A stretch of DNA of 32,674 nt, taken from the UHGV virus genome UHGV-0193647; one strand, given 5' to 3'. The notes under the pieces were generated by a model. The model did not search any database and was not told where the DNA came from. It saw nothing but the letters and a program-made list of their open reading frames with translations. Shown piece by piece: positions 15,596-24,886 of this stretch; positions within the stretch are counted from its first letter, which is position 1; each line of letters begins with the position of its first letter. This DNA is from a virus. The position numbers were made by a program, and so were the translations under genes.

Positions 15596-18037
15596 CTATC
15601 CGTCGTGGTTCATGCTGGCACGCTGGCGGGCGCGTTTTTCACGCTCAATTTTTTCGAGCGCATCCTGTAGTTGGCGATCGAGCTGCGTGCCGTTACCGCC
15701 ACCATCAACTGAAATGTGATACTCGCTTTTGCTCTGGTCGATGTAAGAACGTCCGGCGGGTGCAGTGACGGGTTGATATGCCTGATAGCCACCGTAAGTG
15801 CCGGTTGCCGGAATATAAGAGTTACCCTGCGTGGCTGCGTTCGCTTTTGCGGCAGTCTGGTCAAGCGTGCTGGACTCTTTATTAATAATGCCGAGTTTCT
15901 CCAGCACCCAATCAATACCGCTGCGCAGCTTATTGAATGCTGTAAGCGGTAACGTAAGAGCGTCAGCCAGGCGCTGACCAAACAACACACCGGCATCACG
16001 AAAACTGTTTAAGGTTTCCTGCGATGACTTGACCGGCGCAATCAGGTTGTTAAACCAGTCCCACACGGCTTTCAGTTTTCCGCCCAGCCAGTCAAACATC
16101 GGTTTAAGCGGCGCAAACAGTTCAGCTACTGGCGCAAATGCAGCCCGTATTCCTTCAATCACTCCGCCGAAAAATGCGCTGATGGGCTCCCAATATTTAC
16201 GGATGAGCAATGCCCCTGCGACAATCGCAGCCACAACAGCGACAACCGGCCAGGAAATCGCACCAATAGCGGTAATGATGCCGCCGGCCACCGTTGTAAA
16301 TACGGTACCGAGCGCCGTCGCAGCGGCGATGATGGCATTAACTCCCGTTATAACCGGCCAGGCAATCAGACCAATGGCCCCAATCATACCCACCACGCCA
16401 AGCGCCAGGGCGGTAATCACCCCAAGCGTCTGCGCGAGCTCTTTATTTCGCTGGATCCATTTATCAAGTTTGAGCACGTAGCCGGTCGCAGTCTGCACCA
16501 GTTTGCGTAATGAGGATTCCTGCTGGTCAAACAGGTCGGTGCCAACAGCCTCATACGCAGACTGAAACTCTTTGAAGTCGCCGCCGAGGTTATCCTGCAT
16601 GACTTTAACTAGTTCCTCCGTCTTACCGTCAGAGGCTTTAAATGCAGCCGTGAGCTTGTCCAGCTTTCCTGATTGAGCCGCGTTCATCAAAACAGCGGCG
16701 GCAGAGCTGGCCTCTTCACCAAATATCGTTTTCATGTATTCAGCGCGCTGACCGGTACCCAGTTTATTTTTATCAAAACTGGCCTGCATTTCCTTCAGGA
16801 TGGTAAAGATCGGGCGGGTATTCCCGTTACTGTCTGCCGTTTTAATTCCAAGCTCTTTAATCGCCGCGTAGGCTTGCCCGGTCGGTGCCTGGAGTCGACT
16901 TAAAATAGCGCGACTACCCGTACCAGCCATTGATCCCGTAATTTTCGCATCATGTAGGGCGCCAACCATTGCAGCGGCTTCCTCAATGCTGACACCGGCA
17001 TTTTTCGCCACCGGCGCAGCATATGTCAGCGCATCACTAAGCCCGTCAAAATCTGCGGCGGTTTTATTCATTGTCATCGACAGGACATCACCGATGTGAG
17101 AGACCTGCTCGTTAGAAAGCTGGAAAGCTGATTTCATCCCCATCAGCAAACCGGCGTTCTCTTCCATTGTTCGACGGTTAGCAAGCGCCATATTAAGTGT
17201 GACGGGCGTCGCCGCCTGAATCGCTGCCGCGTCTCCGCCTGCTTTCGCAATGATAATCTGAGCACCGGCCGCATCATCGGCAGAGGCGGCTGTATTGTCA
17301 CCCAGCAGTCGGGCCTGCTTTCGCAACGCAGTCATTTCTGCGGAGTCTTTCGCCACGCCGAGTACAGCCTGTAACTCGGAGTTTTTCTGCGCAAAATCAT
17401 AACCCGGTTTCATCAGTGCAACACCGGCCAGCGTGCCTGTCGTCGCCATACCGACACCGGCGGCACCCATTGCTGCCGCATTTCCGGCCAGCTCCTTACC
17501 GGCCTGATATCGCTGCTTAACAGCATTGAGCTTTGCCTGTTGCGCGCTGACCCGCGCCAGCGCTTCACGCTGACGATTGAGCTGTGCTGTCGTTTCGCTA
17601 ATGTTGGTTTTTAACCGGCGTTCATCCGCGGCCAGGGTACGGGTATTAATTCCCGCCTGGCTGAGTTCCTGCCGCTGGCGCTGTACAGCCTGCAGCAAGC
17701 TGTTGTGTTTGAGCTGGAGCGCTGCGGCACTTTTTCGGGCGGCATCCATTGCCTGCGCCTGCGCGCGCGTCGGCTGTTCCGTATTTCTAAACTGGATCGC
17801 CAGTGCGGCGGCTTCCTGTTTAGCTTTCTTCAGCTCCTGACCGGTAACGGCAAGTTGCGCGCTGGCCTTGCGAAACCCGTCGATACGGGATGCCTGGCCG
17901 TTCAGTTCACGCAGTGATTTTTGAGTGTCCCGGATGTCACCAGACAGCGTTTTGCTCGCTGTCTGGATGGATTTAAACGGGCGGGTCGCCTGGTCAACAG
18001 CCTTGAGTAATACCTGCAATTTAACGTCGTTACTCAT
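15596..18037 (-). CDS. T: tail tape-measure protein gpT-like
   Basis: 813 aa with coiled-coil and Ala/Gln-rich composition and hydrophobic TM-like central segments. Its position is after E/E'. Confidence 0.85.
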   Translation of the reverse strand: MSNDVKLQVLLKAVDQATRPFKSIQTASKTLSGDIRDTQKSLRELNGQASRIDGFRKASAQLAVTGQELKKAKQEAAALAIQFRNTEQPTRAQAQAMDAARKSAAALQLKHNSLLQAVQRQRQELSQAGINTRTLAADERRLKTNISETTAQLNRQREALARVSAQQAKLNAVKQRYQAGKELAGNAAAMGAAGVGMATTGTLAGVALMKPGYDFAQKNSELQAVLGVAKDSAEMTALRKQARLLGDNTAASADDAAGAQIIIAKAGGDAAAIQAATPVTLNMALANRRTMEENAGLLMGMKSAFQLSNEQVSHIGDVLSMTMNKTAADFDGLSDALTYAAPVAKNAGVSIEEAAAMVGALHDAKITGSMAGTGSRAILSRLQAPTGQAYAAIKELGIKTADSNGNTRPIFTILKEMQASFDKNKLGTGQRAEYMKTIFGEEASSAAAVLMNAAQSGKLDKLTAAFKASDGKTEELVKVMQDNLGGDFKEFQSAYEAVGTDLFDQQESSLRKLVQTATGYVLKLDKWIQRNKELAQTLGVITALALGVVGMIGAIGLIAWPVITGVNAIIAAATALGTVFTTVAGGIITAIGAISWPVVAVVAAIVAGALLIRKYWEPISAFFGGVIEGIRAAFAPVAELFAPLKPMFDWLGGKLKAVWDWFNNLIAPVKSSQETLNSFRDAGVLFGQRLADALTLPLTAFNKLRSGIDWVLEKLGIINKESSTLDQTAAKANAATQGNSYIPATGTYGGYQAYQPVTAPAGRSYIDQSKSEYHISVDGGGNGTQLDRQLQDALEKIEREKRARQRASMNHDG

Positions 18038-18457
18038 TCGTGTTTCCGCTTCGCTGTAGCGCTTTTTCGCGCCAGGTGGTGAGCTCGGTCAGGCTCATGG
18101 GGTATAACTCTGATGGCGGCCAGTGAAAAATCACCGCGATATCCGCCATCAGGTCATCGACCGACATATCTTTCGGAAAATTTAATCCGCCAAATTCGGC
18201 GACAAAAAACCGATCACCTTTGTTGCCAGCGCCATCAAATCGGGTAAATCCATCATGACGACATCCGACTCGGTGAGTGATGGGCTGGTCATACGCGGCA
18301 GCACTTTAATCAGGGCGTCGACTTCAGAGCGCGCAACGTCGGCCAGGCTGACACCGCGCAGGGTTCCGGCGTTGGGCTTCATCAGGGTGATTTTTTCGAT
18401 GACCTGCTCGCCGCGTTTGATGGGGTTTTCCAGGGTGACGATGTTTTCTTTGCTCAT
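18030..18457 (-). CDS. E': gpE+E' -1 programmed frameshift product (tail chaperone extension)
   Basis: A slip at T TTT TTG (~18203..18209) into the -1 frame reads FVAEFGGLNFPKDMSVDDLMADIAVIFHWPPSELYPMSLTELTTWREKALQRSGNTNE. That frame ends at a TAA overlapping the T start codon, as in P2 E/E' and lambda G/GT. Confidence 0.7.
18182..18457 (-). CDS. E: tail assembly chaperone gpE-like
   Basis: 91 aa. The ORF ends ..VIGFLSPNLAD with a GGTTTTTTG slippery site near its 3' end. Confidence 0.8.
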   Translation of the reverse strand: MSKENIVTLENPIKRGEQVIEKITLMKPNAGTLRGVSLADVARSEVDALIKVLPRMTSPSLTESDVVMMDLPDLMALATKVIGFLSPNLAD

Positions 18458-18516
18458 GATTTTCTCGCTGTTTACGGATTCGGGATTAACCGGCCAGGCA
18501 TGCTGGCCGGGGAAAA

Positions 18517-19032
18517 TTACAGGCCGATATTGCGGCGGTGCTGGTCGAGTCGGTCGACGCCGTTCACCTTCTCAATCATGTTGAGGACGTCGATTTCTAC
18601 CAGCTCTTTACCGTTCATGGTCAGCTTGTAGTACGTGCAGACCAGCGATAATTTGCTGCTGGTATCCTCGCCCTGTTTGCTCTCGCCGTTATCGACTTCC
18701 TTCACCTTGAAACGGGTCTCAACTTCCACCGCCACGGTTTCGCCGGTATCGTCCCGCTGGTAAGAGCCTGCATAGCGCAGTAGCGTCCCGGTACCGACGG
18801 CACCGTAAAGCGACCAGATCGCATCATCAGGGAAGCCTCCGAGGGAAATCTCCATCGCCAGCGCGTCATCGTCGAGGCCGAAATCGACAGGGGCTGAGCC
18901 TGACATCCCGCCGCCCCGGTAATTTTCCAGCTTACGGGTCAGCTTAGGCAGGGTGACGGACTCGATAACGCCGAGATAGCTGACGCCATCCAGAAACGTG
19001 TTCAGATATTTGAGCTTGCGCGGCATTGCCAT
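18517..19032 (-). CDS. FII: major tail tube protein gpFII-like
   Basis: 171 aa. The N-terminus MAMPRKLKYLNTFLDG.. is P2 FII-like, and the gene follows FI. Confidence 0.85.
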   Translation of the reverse strand: MAMPRKLKYLNTFLDGVSYLGVIESVTLPKLTRKLENYRGGGMSGSAPVDFGLDDDALAMEISLGGFPDDAIWSLYGAVGTGTLLRYAGSYQRDDTGETVAVEVETRFKVKEVDNGESKQGEDTSSKLSLVCTYYKLTMNGKELVEIDVLNMIEKVNGVDRLDQHRRNIGL

Positions 19033-19045
19033 TGGTCAGGGCTCC

Positions 19046-20227
19046 TTAATTGCTGTTAACCGATGACACCAGATTCGCCAGGTATTTATCGGTAATGCGC
19101 TGGCGTAGCGTCAGGTTTTCGAGAGGGGGAACCGGCGTATAGCCGTAATCGATATACAGTTTTCCGGCTTTGAGGGTCGCCGCGTCGTTGGCCGATTCAT
19201 CAAACCAGCAGGTCGCATCGACGATATAGCCCGCCGTTTTCATCTCGCGGAATTTCGCATTGATACCCGCAACGATGTCCTTAATCAGCGTGGCAGTGAT
19301 CGGCTTGTCGACCGCCCACATGTGACCAGCGGCCATTGTGTCAGCGATAACCTGCGCGGTGCGGGTGTAGTTCTCGAACAAGAACAGCGGGTCATCGGAG
19401 CAGCAGCGGTTGCCCCAGAAGCGGAAACCGTCTTTACGAATGAGCGTGGTGACGCCTGCCTCGTTAAGCAGGTCGGCATCGGTGCCGGATTCCTGCAAAT
19501 CCCAGAAGACCGACGCGCTGATGCCGGTGACGCCATTCACACCAACGTTTGACAGAGTTTTGTGCCAGCCGGTGTCCTGGTCGATTTTGGCGCGCAGGCC
19601 CAGCGCGCGGGCGGTCGCCCAGGCGGTCTCGGTCGCGTTCGCCGTGGTATCCCATGCCAGAAAATCCGGCCAGATAACCATCAGCTCACGCTGGCTGAAA
19701 TTCTCGCGATAGAGCATCGCCTCGGAAATGTTCTTACAATCCCATGCGCTGATATAGCCAAAGGCGCGCAGCTTCTGGCAAATCGGCGCGAGGGCGGTCG
19801 CCACTTCAAGGGAATCGAGGCCCGGCACGCCAAGGATGCGCGGTTTAACGCCGGTGACGGCCTCCGCCGTGAGCAGCGCTTTCAGCCCGGTGTAATTGCC
19901 GCTTTCGTCGGTACCGCCGATGATATTAGAGATAGTCTGCGCCTCGGCATCGTCGCCGGTACCTTCGGCAACGCGCACAACGACAATGACCGGTTTCGAC
20001 TGGTCGGCGATTGCCTGAAGGGATGCGGCCAGGGTGCCTTTTGTACCCGCTTTCGCAATGGCGCTTTGCACGCTGGTAATCAGTACAGGCTTATTTAGTG
20101 GGAAGGTGGCGGCATCGGCATCGCTTGCCGTGCAGACCATGCCGATAATCGCCGTTGATACGGTGGAAATGACGCGGGTGCCGTCGTTAATCTCGACAAC
20201 CTGGACGCCGTGATGAAAATCGCTCAT
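19046..20227 (-). CDS. FI: contractile tail sheath protein gpFI-like
   Basis: From the internal Met, MSDFHHGVQVVEINDGTRVISTVSTAIIGMVCTASDADAATFPLNKPVLIT... is near-collinear with P2 FI along the whole length, and the C-terminus ..RQRITDKYLANLVSSVNSN matches. That Met gives 393 aa. The ORF track starts at 20320. Confidence 0.9.
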   Translation of the reverse strand: MSDFHHGVQVVEINDGTRVISTVSTAIIGMVCTASDADAATFPLNKPVLITSVQSAIAKAGTKGTLAASLQAIADQSKPVIVVVRVAEGTGDDAEAQTISNIIGGTDESGNYTGLKALLTAEAVTGVKPRILGVPGLDSLEVATALAPICQKLRAFGYISAWDCKNISEAMLYRENFSQRELMVIWPDFLAWDTTANATETAWATARALGLRAKIDQDTGWHKTLSNVGVNGVTGISASVFWDLQESGTDADLLNEAGVTTLIRKDGFRFWGNRCCSDDPLFLFENYTRTAQVIADTMAAGHMWAVDKPITATLIKDIVAGINAKFREMKTAGYIVDATCWFDESANDAATLKAGKLYIDYGYTPVPPLENLTLRQRITDKYLANLVSSVNSN

Positions 20228-20298
20228 CCGTTTAACTCCGTGGTTAAGGGTGAGCATTATTTTCAATCGTGGTGGAAAGGGTGACGAGTCATCCCCGC

Positions 20299-20316
20299 TG
20301 TAACAGGGGTAGTACA
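20299..20316. promoter_or_regulatory. Ogr/B-dependent late promoter element (TGT-N12-ACA dyad) upstream of FI
   Basis: tgtaacaggggtagtaca lies in the 110-bp gap upstream of the FI start. This is the P2/186 late-promoter activator site, normally centred near -55. Confidence 0.6.
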
Positions 20317-20336
20317 ACAAGAATGACCGTCACAGG

Positions 20337-21410
20337 TTAGGCAACACGACTCCAGCACATCAGCAGCGTGTGGGATTCCACCACACTGAACGATTTGCCC
20401 TCACCGAGGCTGGCTGTTTTGCCGCTGGTCGAGTGTTTGTGCGGCGGGATCGTGACGCCATGCTGATGGTCTTCTGCATAGTCGGTATAGTTCCACCCCG
20501 TATATTTCTGGTTATCCGTTCCGTGGGTGGCATCCTGCCAGGTATCCCCCGGCGCCCCGTCACCTGCCCTGTGCCGGTGCCTTCCGTTGCCCGATGTCGT
20601 CAGCTCCTGCTGCCCCTGTTCGCTGGTTTCGCCGCTCACGTCAATCTGAACGGCGGGCAGGTTGGCCTGCTGAAGTGTGACGTTATCGCTGCCGCCGCTC
20701 TGCCCGACGTTCGAACCGTCCGCTTTGCCTACACGAATTGTTTTATTCTCGCCGGTGTACACCCATTCTGACCACGGCCATTTTTCATTAGGGTTGACGT
20801 TCTGGTTAAAAAAGCGGGTGGTTCCCACCGGGTTATCATCTTCCCAGAAATCTCGCTTTGCCGCCGTTATCGCATCGGCAATTACCTGTTTTATATCTGT
20901 ATCAAGTTTTCCCAGCACTTCATCAGCGTAATCTTTGGCCTCATTTTTTGCCCTGTTAACCTCAGCCTGCGAAGCCAGAATAACGGAGGGATCCGCTTTG
21001 AGGAGCACATCCGCGGTACTGGTAACGGCTACCCAAAGATTGACTGCCTGAAGCCGCCCCGAACCTTCAGCCAGAAGAGGTTTATAAGAGTCCGGCACGC
21101 TGGCAAGTGCCAGGCATACACCATCATCATCATAGAGCGCTGCCTCACGCATCCAGAATCCGCCCACTTCCGGCGGCATCACCATTTCGGCGCGAATGAC
21201 ATTTGCCCCCTGGTCTGCGATAACCAACCGGTTTAGGGGGGCCCGGTATTTCTCATTCACCAGTCCATCAGGTGAAGACGCAAGATTCACGCGAACACCG
21301 CTACCATCACCGACCCCCATCCAGGAGAAGCCAACCGGCTCCCCTGTCAGCGCTGCATTCGCCAGTGCCTCCACACCTGCGGTGGTCAGCGTCGTATAGA
21401 ATGTCTTCAC
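20337..21410 (-). CDS. short tail fibre carrying the gpH-type N-terminal baseplate-attachment (tail-collar) domain
   Basis: 357 aa. N-terminus MKTFYTTLTTAGVEALANA..VGDGSG..MPPEVGGFWMREAALYDDDGVCLALASVPDSYKPLLAEGSGR matches the conserved P2 gpH N-terminus (..IPPEVGGFWMRELGLYDDAGTLIAV..ESYKPALAEGSGR). The C-terminus has an HxH-rich tip (EDHQHGVTIPPHKHS). Confidence 0.75.
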   Translation of the reverse strand: MKTFYTTLTTAGVEALANAALTGEPVGFSWMGVGDGSGVRVNLASSPDGLVNEKYRAPLNRLVIADQGANVIRAEMVMPPEVGGFWMREAALYDDDGVCLALASVPDSYKPLLAEGSGRLQAVNLWVAVTSTADVLLKADPSVILASQAEVNRAKNEAKDYADEVLGKLDTDIKQVIADAITAAKRDFWEDDNPVGTTRFFNQNVNPNEKWPWSEWVYTGENKTIRVGKADGSNVGQSGGSDNVTLQQANLPAVQIDVSGETSEQGQQELTTSGNGRHRHRAGDGAPGDTWQDATHGTDNQKYTGWNYTDYAEDHQHGVTIPPHKHSTSGKTASLGEGKSFSVVESHTLLMCWSRVA

Positions 21411-21423
21411 TCCGCCCCCCTGC

Positions 21424-22182
21424 TTAAGAAATGTTATTTTCTGACATCAGTTGCTGCACCATTGCGCCGCGCGTGGTGGCATCGTGATATGCGCCATACC
21501 CCAGCACGGTACGTAACCCCATCGGGCATCGCTGGTCAGCATAATCAGGGCTGTACCCGAACGACATTAACCCGCCGCCTTCAGGTGGAGAAATGGTCAT
21601 CGTGTTAGATACTTCGGTCCCGTTAATATTGAAGAAGGCAATATTATTGGCGACCGACCAACCGACGCACGCCACGATATAACCGGATTTCGCAAACACC
21701 TGTGACATTGAGGTGATATTTGCACCACCGTCTACAAGCCACTGAATAGAGGCGGCGGAAGCGTATTTACGCAGAATGAAGCCTTTATCCGTTGCGCCTG
21801 CCCCGGTATATTTCGCCATCCAGCGGAAAATGACACCGTTCGCATCAGCTTTTGACAAATCAGCGCGGAATACCAGATATACAGTCACCTCACTGGCATT
21901 GTTCAGGTCATCATATGCTGCGGCAAGCCCGGCACCTTTCGGAAAATCCAGTTCTGCAAATCCGTCCACCATCGCAATGACCGGAGAAGCGGGAATTTGC
22001 GTTATTTCGTGACCGGACATGGGAGAGAATACCCGCGACGGCTTCAGGTAATCAGCCAGACTGACCACCGACTCATGCTCTACGGCACGCGACGCATTAA
22101 GATGAAGCGCATCTCCCAGCGCTATCGGAGAGCGACCGGATACCAGTATATTTTTTGATTTCAAAATAACAGCGCCTGCCAT
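21424..22182 (-). CDS. hypothetical tail-fibre-module protein (252 aa)
   Basis: ORF between the two fibre genes, roughly in the gpG position, but it does not resemble a gpG-type fibre-assembly chaperone. No family recognised. Confidence 0.5.
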   Translation of the reverse strand: MAGAVILKSKNILVSGRSPIALGDALHLNASRAVEHESVVSLADYLKPSRVFSPMSGHEITQIPASPVIAMVDGFAELDFPKGAGLAAAYDDLNNASEVTVYLVFRADLSKADANGVIFRWMAKYTGAGATDKGFILRKYASAASIQWLVDGGANITSMSQVFAKSGYIVACVGWSVANNIAFFNINGTEVSNTMTISPPEGGGLMSFGYSPDYADQRCPMGLRTVLGYGAYHDATTRGAMVQQLMSENNIS

Positions 22183-22184
22183 AA

Positions 22185-24281
22185 TTATAACCCCTCCAGA
22201 TAATCGTAATTCATCAGCGATGCCGGGCTGACAATATTCATTTTTCCGATATATGTATCGGCGTATGTATTCTGCGTTTCATGCGACCAGGCGAAATACA
22301 GGTTATCCCCGTATATTTCCATATCCTGCACGCCAACGTTTGACGCTCCGGTGATGGTTTCCTTGACGATTTTACCAATCGGCATTTTCCAGAAGTTTGA
22401 GGCAGTTTTGCTGTAAAAGTCAGTCGGAGTGCCAAACCATAAATTCATGGCTCCCGTGTTGTAACGCTCCACCGTTAATAAAATAAACTGACCATTAATA
22501 CGGCGAATAGCCATCGGGCTGTATTGCACGGATTCTGGCGCATCAAACCGGGTAAACCCGGTTAAATCTGGATTCATAAAGTACAGCTGCGAGGGATAAG
22601 CATTCGTTTGTGTGCGAATGCCACCATAAACTGTGCCAGTCTGGTTGCGGGAATATTCGACCGCAATTGTTGGCTCACAATAAACCGTGGTTGAATACTC
22701 ACCGTGAGCGATAACATCCTGCGTTACGATAGTGTTTAACGGGTCGCTGATATCAAACGACATAAATCCGACGCGCGACGAGTTCGCAAAATGGTACCCC
22801 GTAATCATCCGCCCGGTGGTCGGCACAAAACACATATCGTGAAACAGTTCTGGTACATACTCGACATCGTTAATGGTCTGGGTGACTGCCGAAATTTCGC
22901 CGACTTTTGCCCACGACGCCCCGCCATCCGTCGATTTATACAGGTTGTAAAACGTCACGCCGACCTGATTTGTTGCCCCGCGACTGCGAACGATGCCCCA
23001 CAGATAATTGTCACTATCCACCCCCAGCGACCACCAGTCAGTTCCGCGTGCGTAGTTTTCCCCGGTAACGACATAAACCGGCTCTGACCAGCTCACACCA
23101 TCGTCATCACTGTAGGTAATCACCGGCACGGTACCTTTTCCGCCGTGGGCTGGCGCACTGTTATAGCCACAATAAATCCGCCCGTTACCATCAATGCACA
23201 GCTTGCCCTGGGGCCAGGAATTCAGGTTATACCCGGTTTTCTGGCGGCGGGTTACACGCCCGATACGCACCGCCTGGCTGACCAGTTCCCCGTCACGGTT
23301 CATTCCGTAAAACAGGCGGTCGATAAGAACCGGCTTCATTGCCTCAAAGGATTTCTGCACAGAACCGATACCCGCAATTCCGGCTTTAATTTCCCCCTCA
23401 CTGCTGACAGCATAAATATCCTGTAGCGCTTTCGTCATCCCTGGCAAATACACGCCACCATCGGGCGCGACGGACAGAAACGGATTGCCGCTGGCGTCAT
23501 GAAAAACAGACAGCATTGACGAGTTGTCAGCGCCTACGACTTCTGCGATACCTTCAACGCTTTCAATGCCGCTCCTGACTTTACCGGCGTATTTAATCGC
23601 GTACTGGTCCTGTAATGAGCCGCTCATCCCGACAAGGTGGAATGAACCATCGGAAAGAAACACGCCGAAATTATTCCCTGCCGCATCAGACAAAAATGCC
23701 AACGGCGTTAACGCGGATTCAGTAAACAATAATTCATTGATAGCGTTGACCTGCGCCTGTCCCGTCGTCTGCGTAATGAGCGTGGCGATGCCATTATCAT
23801 TGCGATACAGGCACTCTTTTTCATCTTCGCCGCTGAAGGCTACACGGAACGTCTGACCGGTAAAGGTAGCCTCAAGCCCGGCAAGGGTGCCGTCCGGGTC
23901 ACCTTCTCCCGGAAAAACGGTCACAGACACCGAACGACCATCAAGGATTTTTTTTCCGGTGGCGACAGGCTTGCCGCCGGTATTGGTGAACTCTTCCACC
24001 CACACGCGGGAATCCTGCGAACGAACCGAAAAGCGCGCCCCCTCTGGTATCTTTCCGGCGGTAATCGCAGATTTTGCCTCGTCCTCTGTCGAAAACGGAA
24101 TTTCTCCGGACTTAATCAGCTGATTATAAGATTCGAGCTGATCTTTCAGGTACTGCGTACGGTTCGCCAGTTGTTGCGCCTGTTCGTTAGCTTTCCCCCC
24201 GACGCCGCCCTCAACTTTATCTGAGCGACGCAGCAAAGAGACGCCATTTTCCCACTGTTTTTTTTCAATGATTGTTGACAC
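22185..24281 (-). CDS. tail spike / receptor-binding protein with sialidase-type (BNR/Asp-box) beta-propeller domain
   Basis: 698 aa in the gpH position after I. Asp-boxes SDDDGVSWS (aa 391-399) and STDGGASW (aa 450-457). Tandem ~38-aa internal repeats (GNNFGVFLSDGSFHLVGMSGSLQDQYAI and GNPFLSVAPDGGVYLPGMTKALQDIYAV). It lacks the gpH N-terminal anchor domain. Confidence 0.7.
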   Translation of the reverse strand: MSTIIEKKQWENGVSLLRRSDKVEGGVGGKANEQAQQLANRTQYLKDQLESYNQLIKSGEIPFSTEDEAKSAITAGKIPEGARFSVRSQDSRVWVEEFTNTGGKPVATGKKILDGRSVSVTVFPGEGDPDGTLAGLEATFTGQTFRVAFSGEDEKECLYRNDNGIATLITQTTGQAQVNAINELLFTESALTPLAFLSDAAGNNFGVFLSDGSFHLVGMSGSLQDQYAIKYAGKVRSGIESVEGIAEVVGADNSSMLSVFHDASGNPFLSVAPDGGVYLPGMTKALQDIYAVSSEGEIKAGIAGIGSVQKSFEAMKPVLIDRLFYGMNRDGELVSQAVRIGRVTRRQKTGYNLNSWPQGKLCIDGNGRIYCGYNSAPAHGGKGTVPVITYSDDDGVSWSEPVYVVTGENYARGTDWWSLGVDSDNYLWGIVRSRGATNQVGVTFYNLYKSTDGGASWAKVGEISAVTQTINDVEYVPELFHDMCFVPTTGRMITGYHFANSSRVGFMSFDISDPLNTIVTQDVIAHGEYSTTVYCEPTIAVEYSRNQTGTVYGGIRTQTNAYPSQLYFMNPDLTGFTRFDAPESVQYSPMAIRRINGQFILLTVERYNTGAMNLWFGTPTDFYSKTASNFWKMPIGKIVKETITGASNVGVQDMEIYGDNLYFAWSHETQNTYADTYIGKMNIVSPASLMNYDYLEGL

Positions 24282-24283
24282 GC

Positions 24284-24886
24284 TCAGTCCTCGGAATAAT
24301 TAAAATTACTGTCGAAATGCGTTTCACCGTCGTAGTAAATACCGTTGCCCGGGTCATATCCTGGCGGATATACCGTAATAACCTCCCCGTCACATAACGC
24401 CGCTCCCGCACACGCCTCACCCTGGATACCTACTGACAGGGTCAGTTGGGAAATGTGGCGACTCACTGGCTTCGCATCGCCGATAATTCGCTCGAGTTCT
24501 TTAATCATCGGCTCAGTGATGCCAATGTCATTGAGGTCAATCTCAAGGCGGAATGTCCCGGCAGGATCGGCCACCTTCCACCATTCCTGGAGCGTCATGC
24601 TGTAGCCCAGCGTTTCAATCACACGCCGAACGGCGGCAACGGTACCTTTGCGTTGGTGGATCCAGAAAGCATCACTAACAGCCTGGCGTTTCTCTGTTTC
24701 CGTCCATGTTTCTTCCCAGCAGTCGACAGAAAACGCCCAGGCCAGATAGGGCAGGAATTTCACCGGGCATTTCCACGGATTCCATAAATCGCGCAGCGAT
24801 ACGGGTAAATCGCTGATAGAGGCGCATGCTGCGGCGGCTCGCTGTTCCAGCAGAGATGACCCGGGCGCCATTAGAGAATTATTCAT
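24284..24886 (-). CDS. I: baseplate protein gpI-like
   Basis: 200 aa from Met at 24886 (MNNSLMAPG..). Its start overlaps the J stop by 8 nt. It follows J as in P2. The ORF track start at 25039 lies inside J. Confidence 0.7.
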   Translation of the reverse strand: MNNSLMAPGSSLLEQRAAAACASISDLPVSLRDLWNPWKCPVKFLPYLAWAFSVDCWEETWTETEKRQAVSDAFWIHQRKGTVAAVRRVIETLGYSMTLQEWWKVADPAGTFRLEIDLNDIGITEPMIKELERIIGDAKPVSRHISQLTLSVGIQGEACAGAALCDGEVITVYPPGYDPGNGIYYDGETHFDSNFNYSED

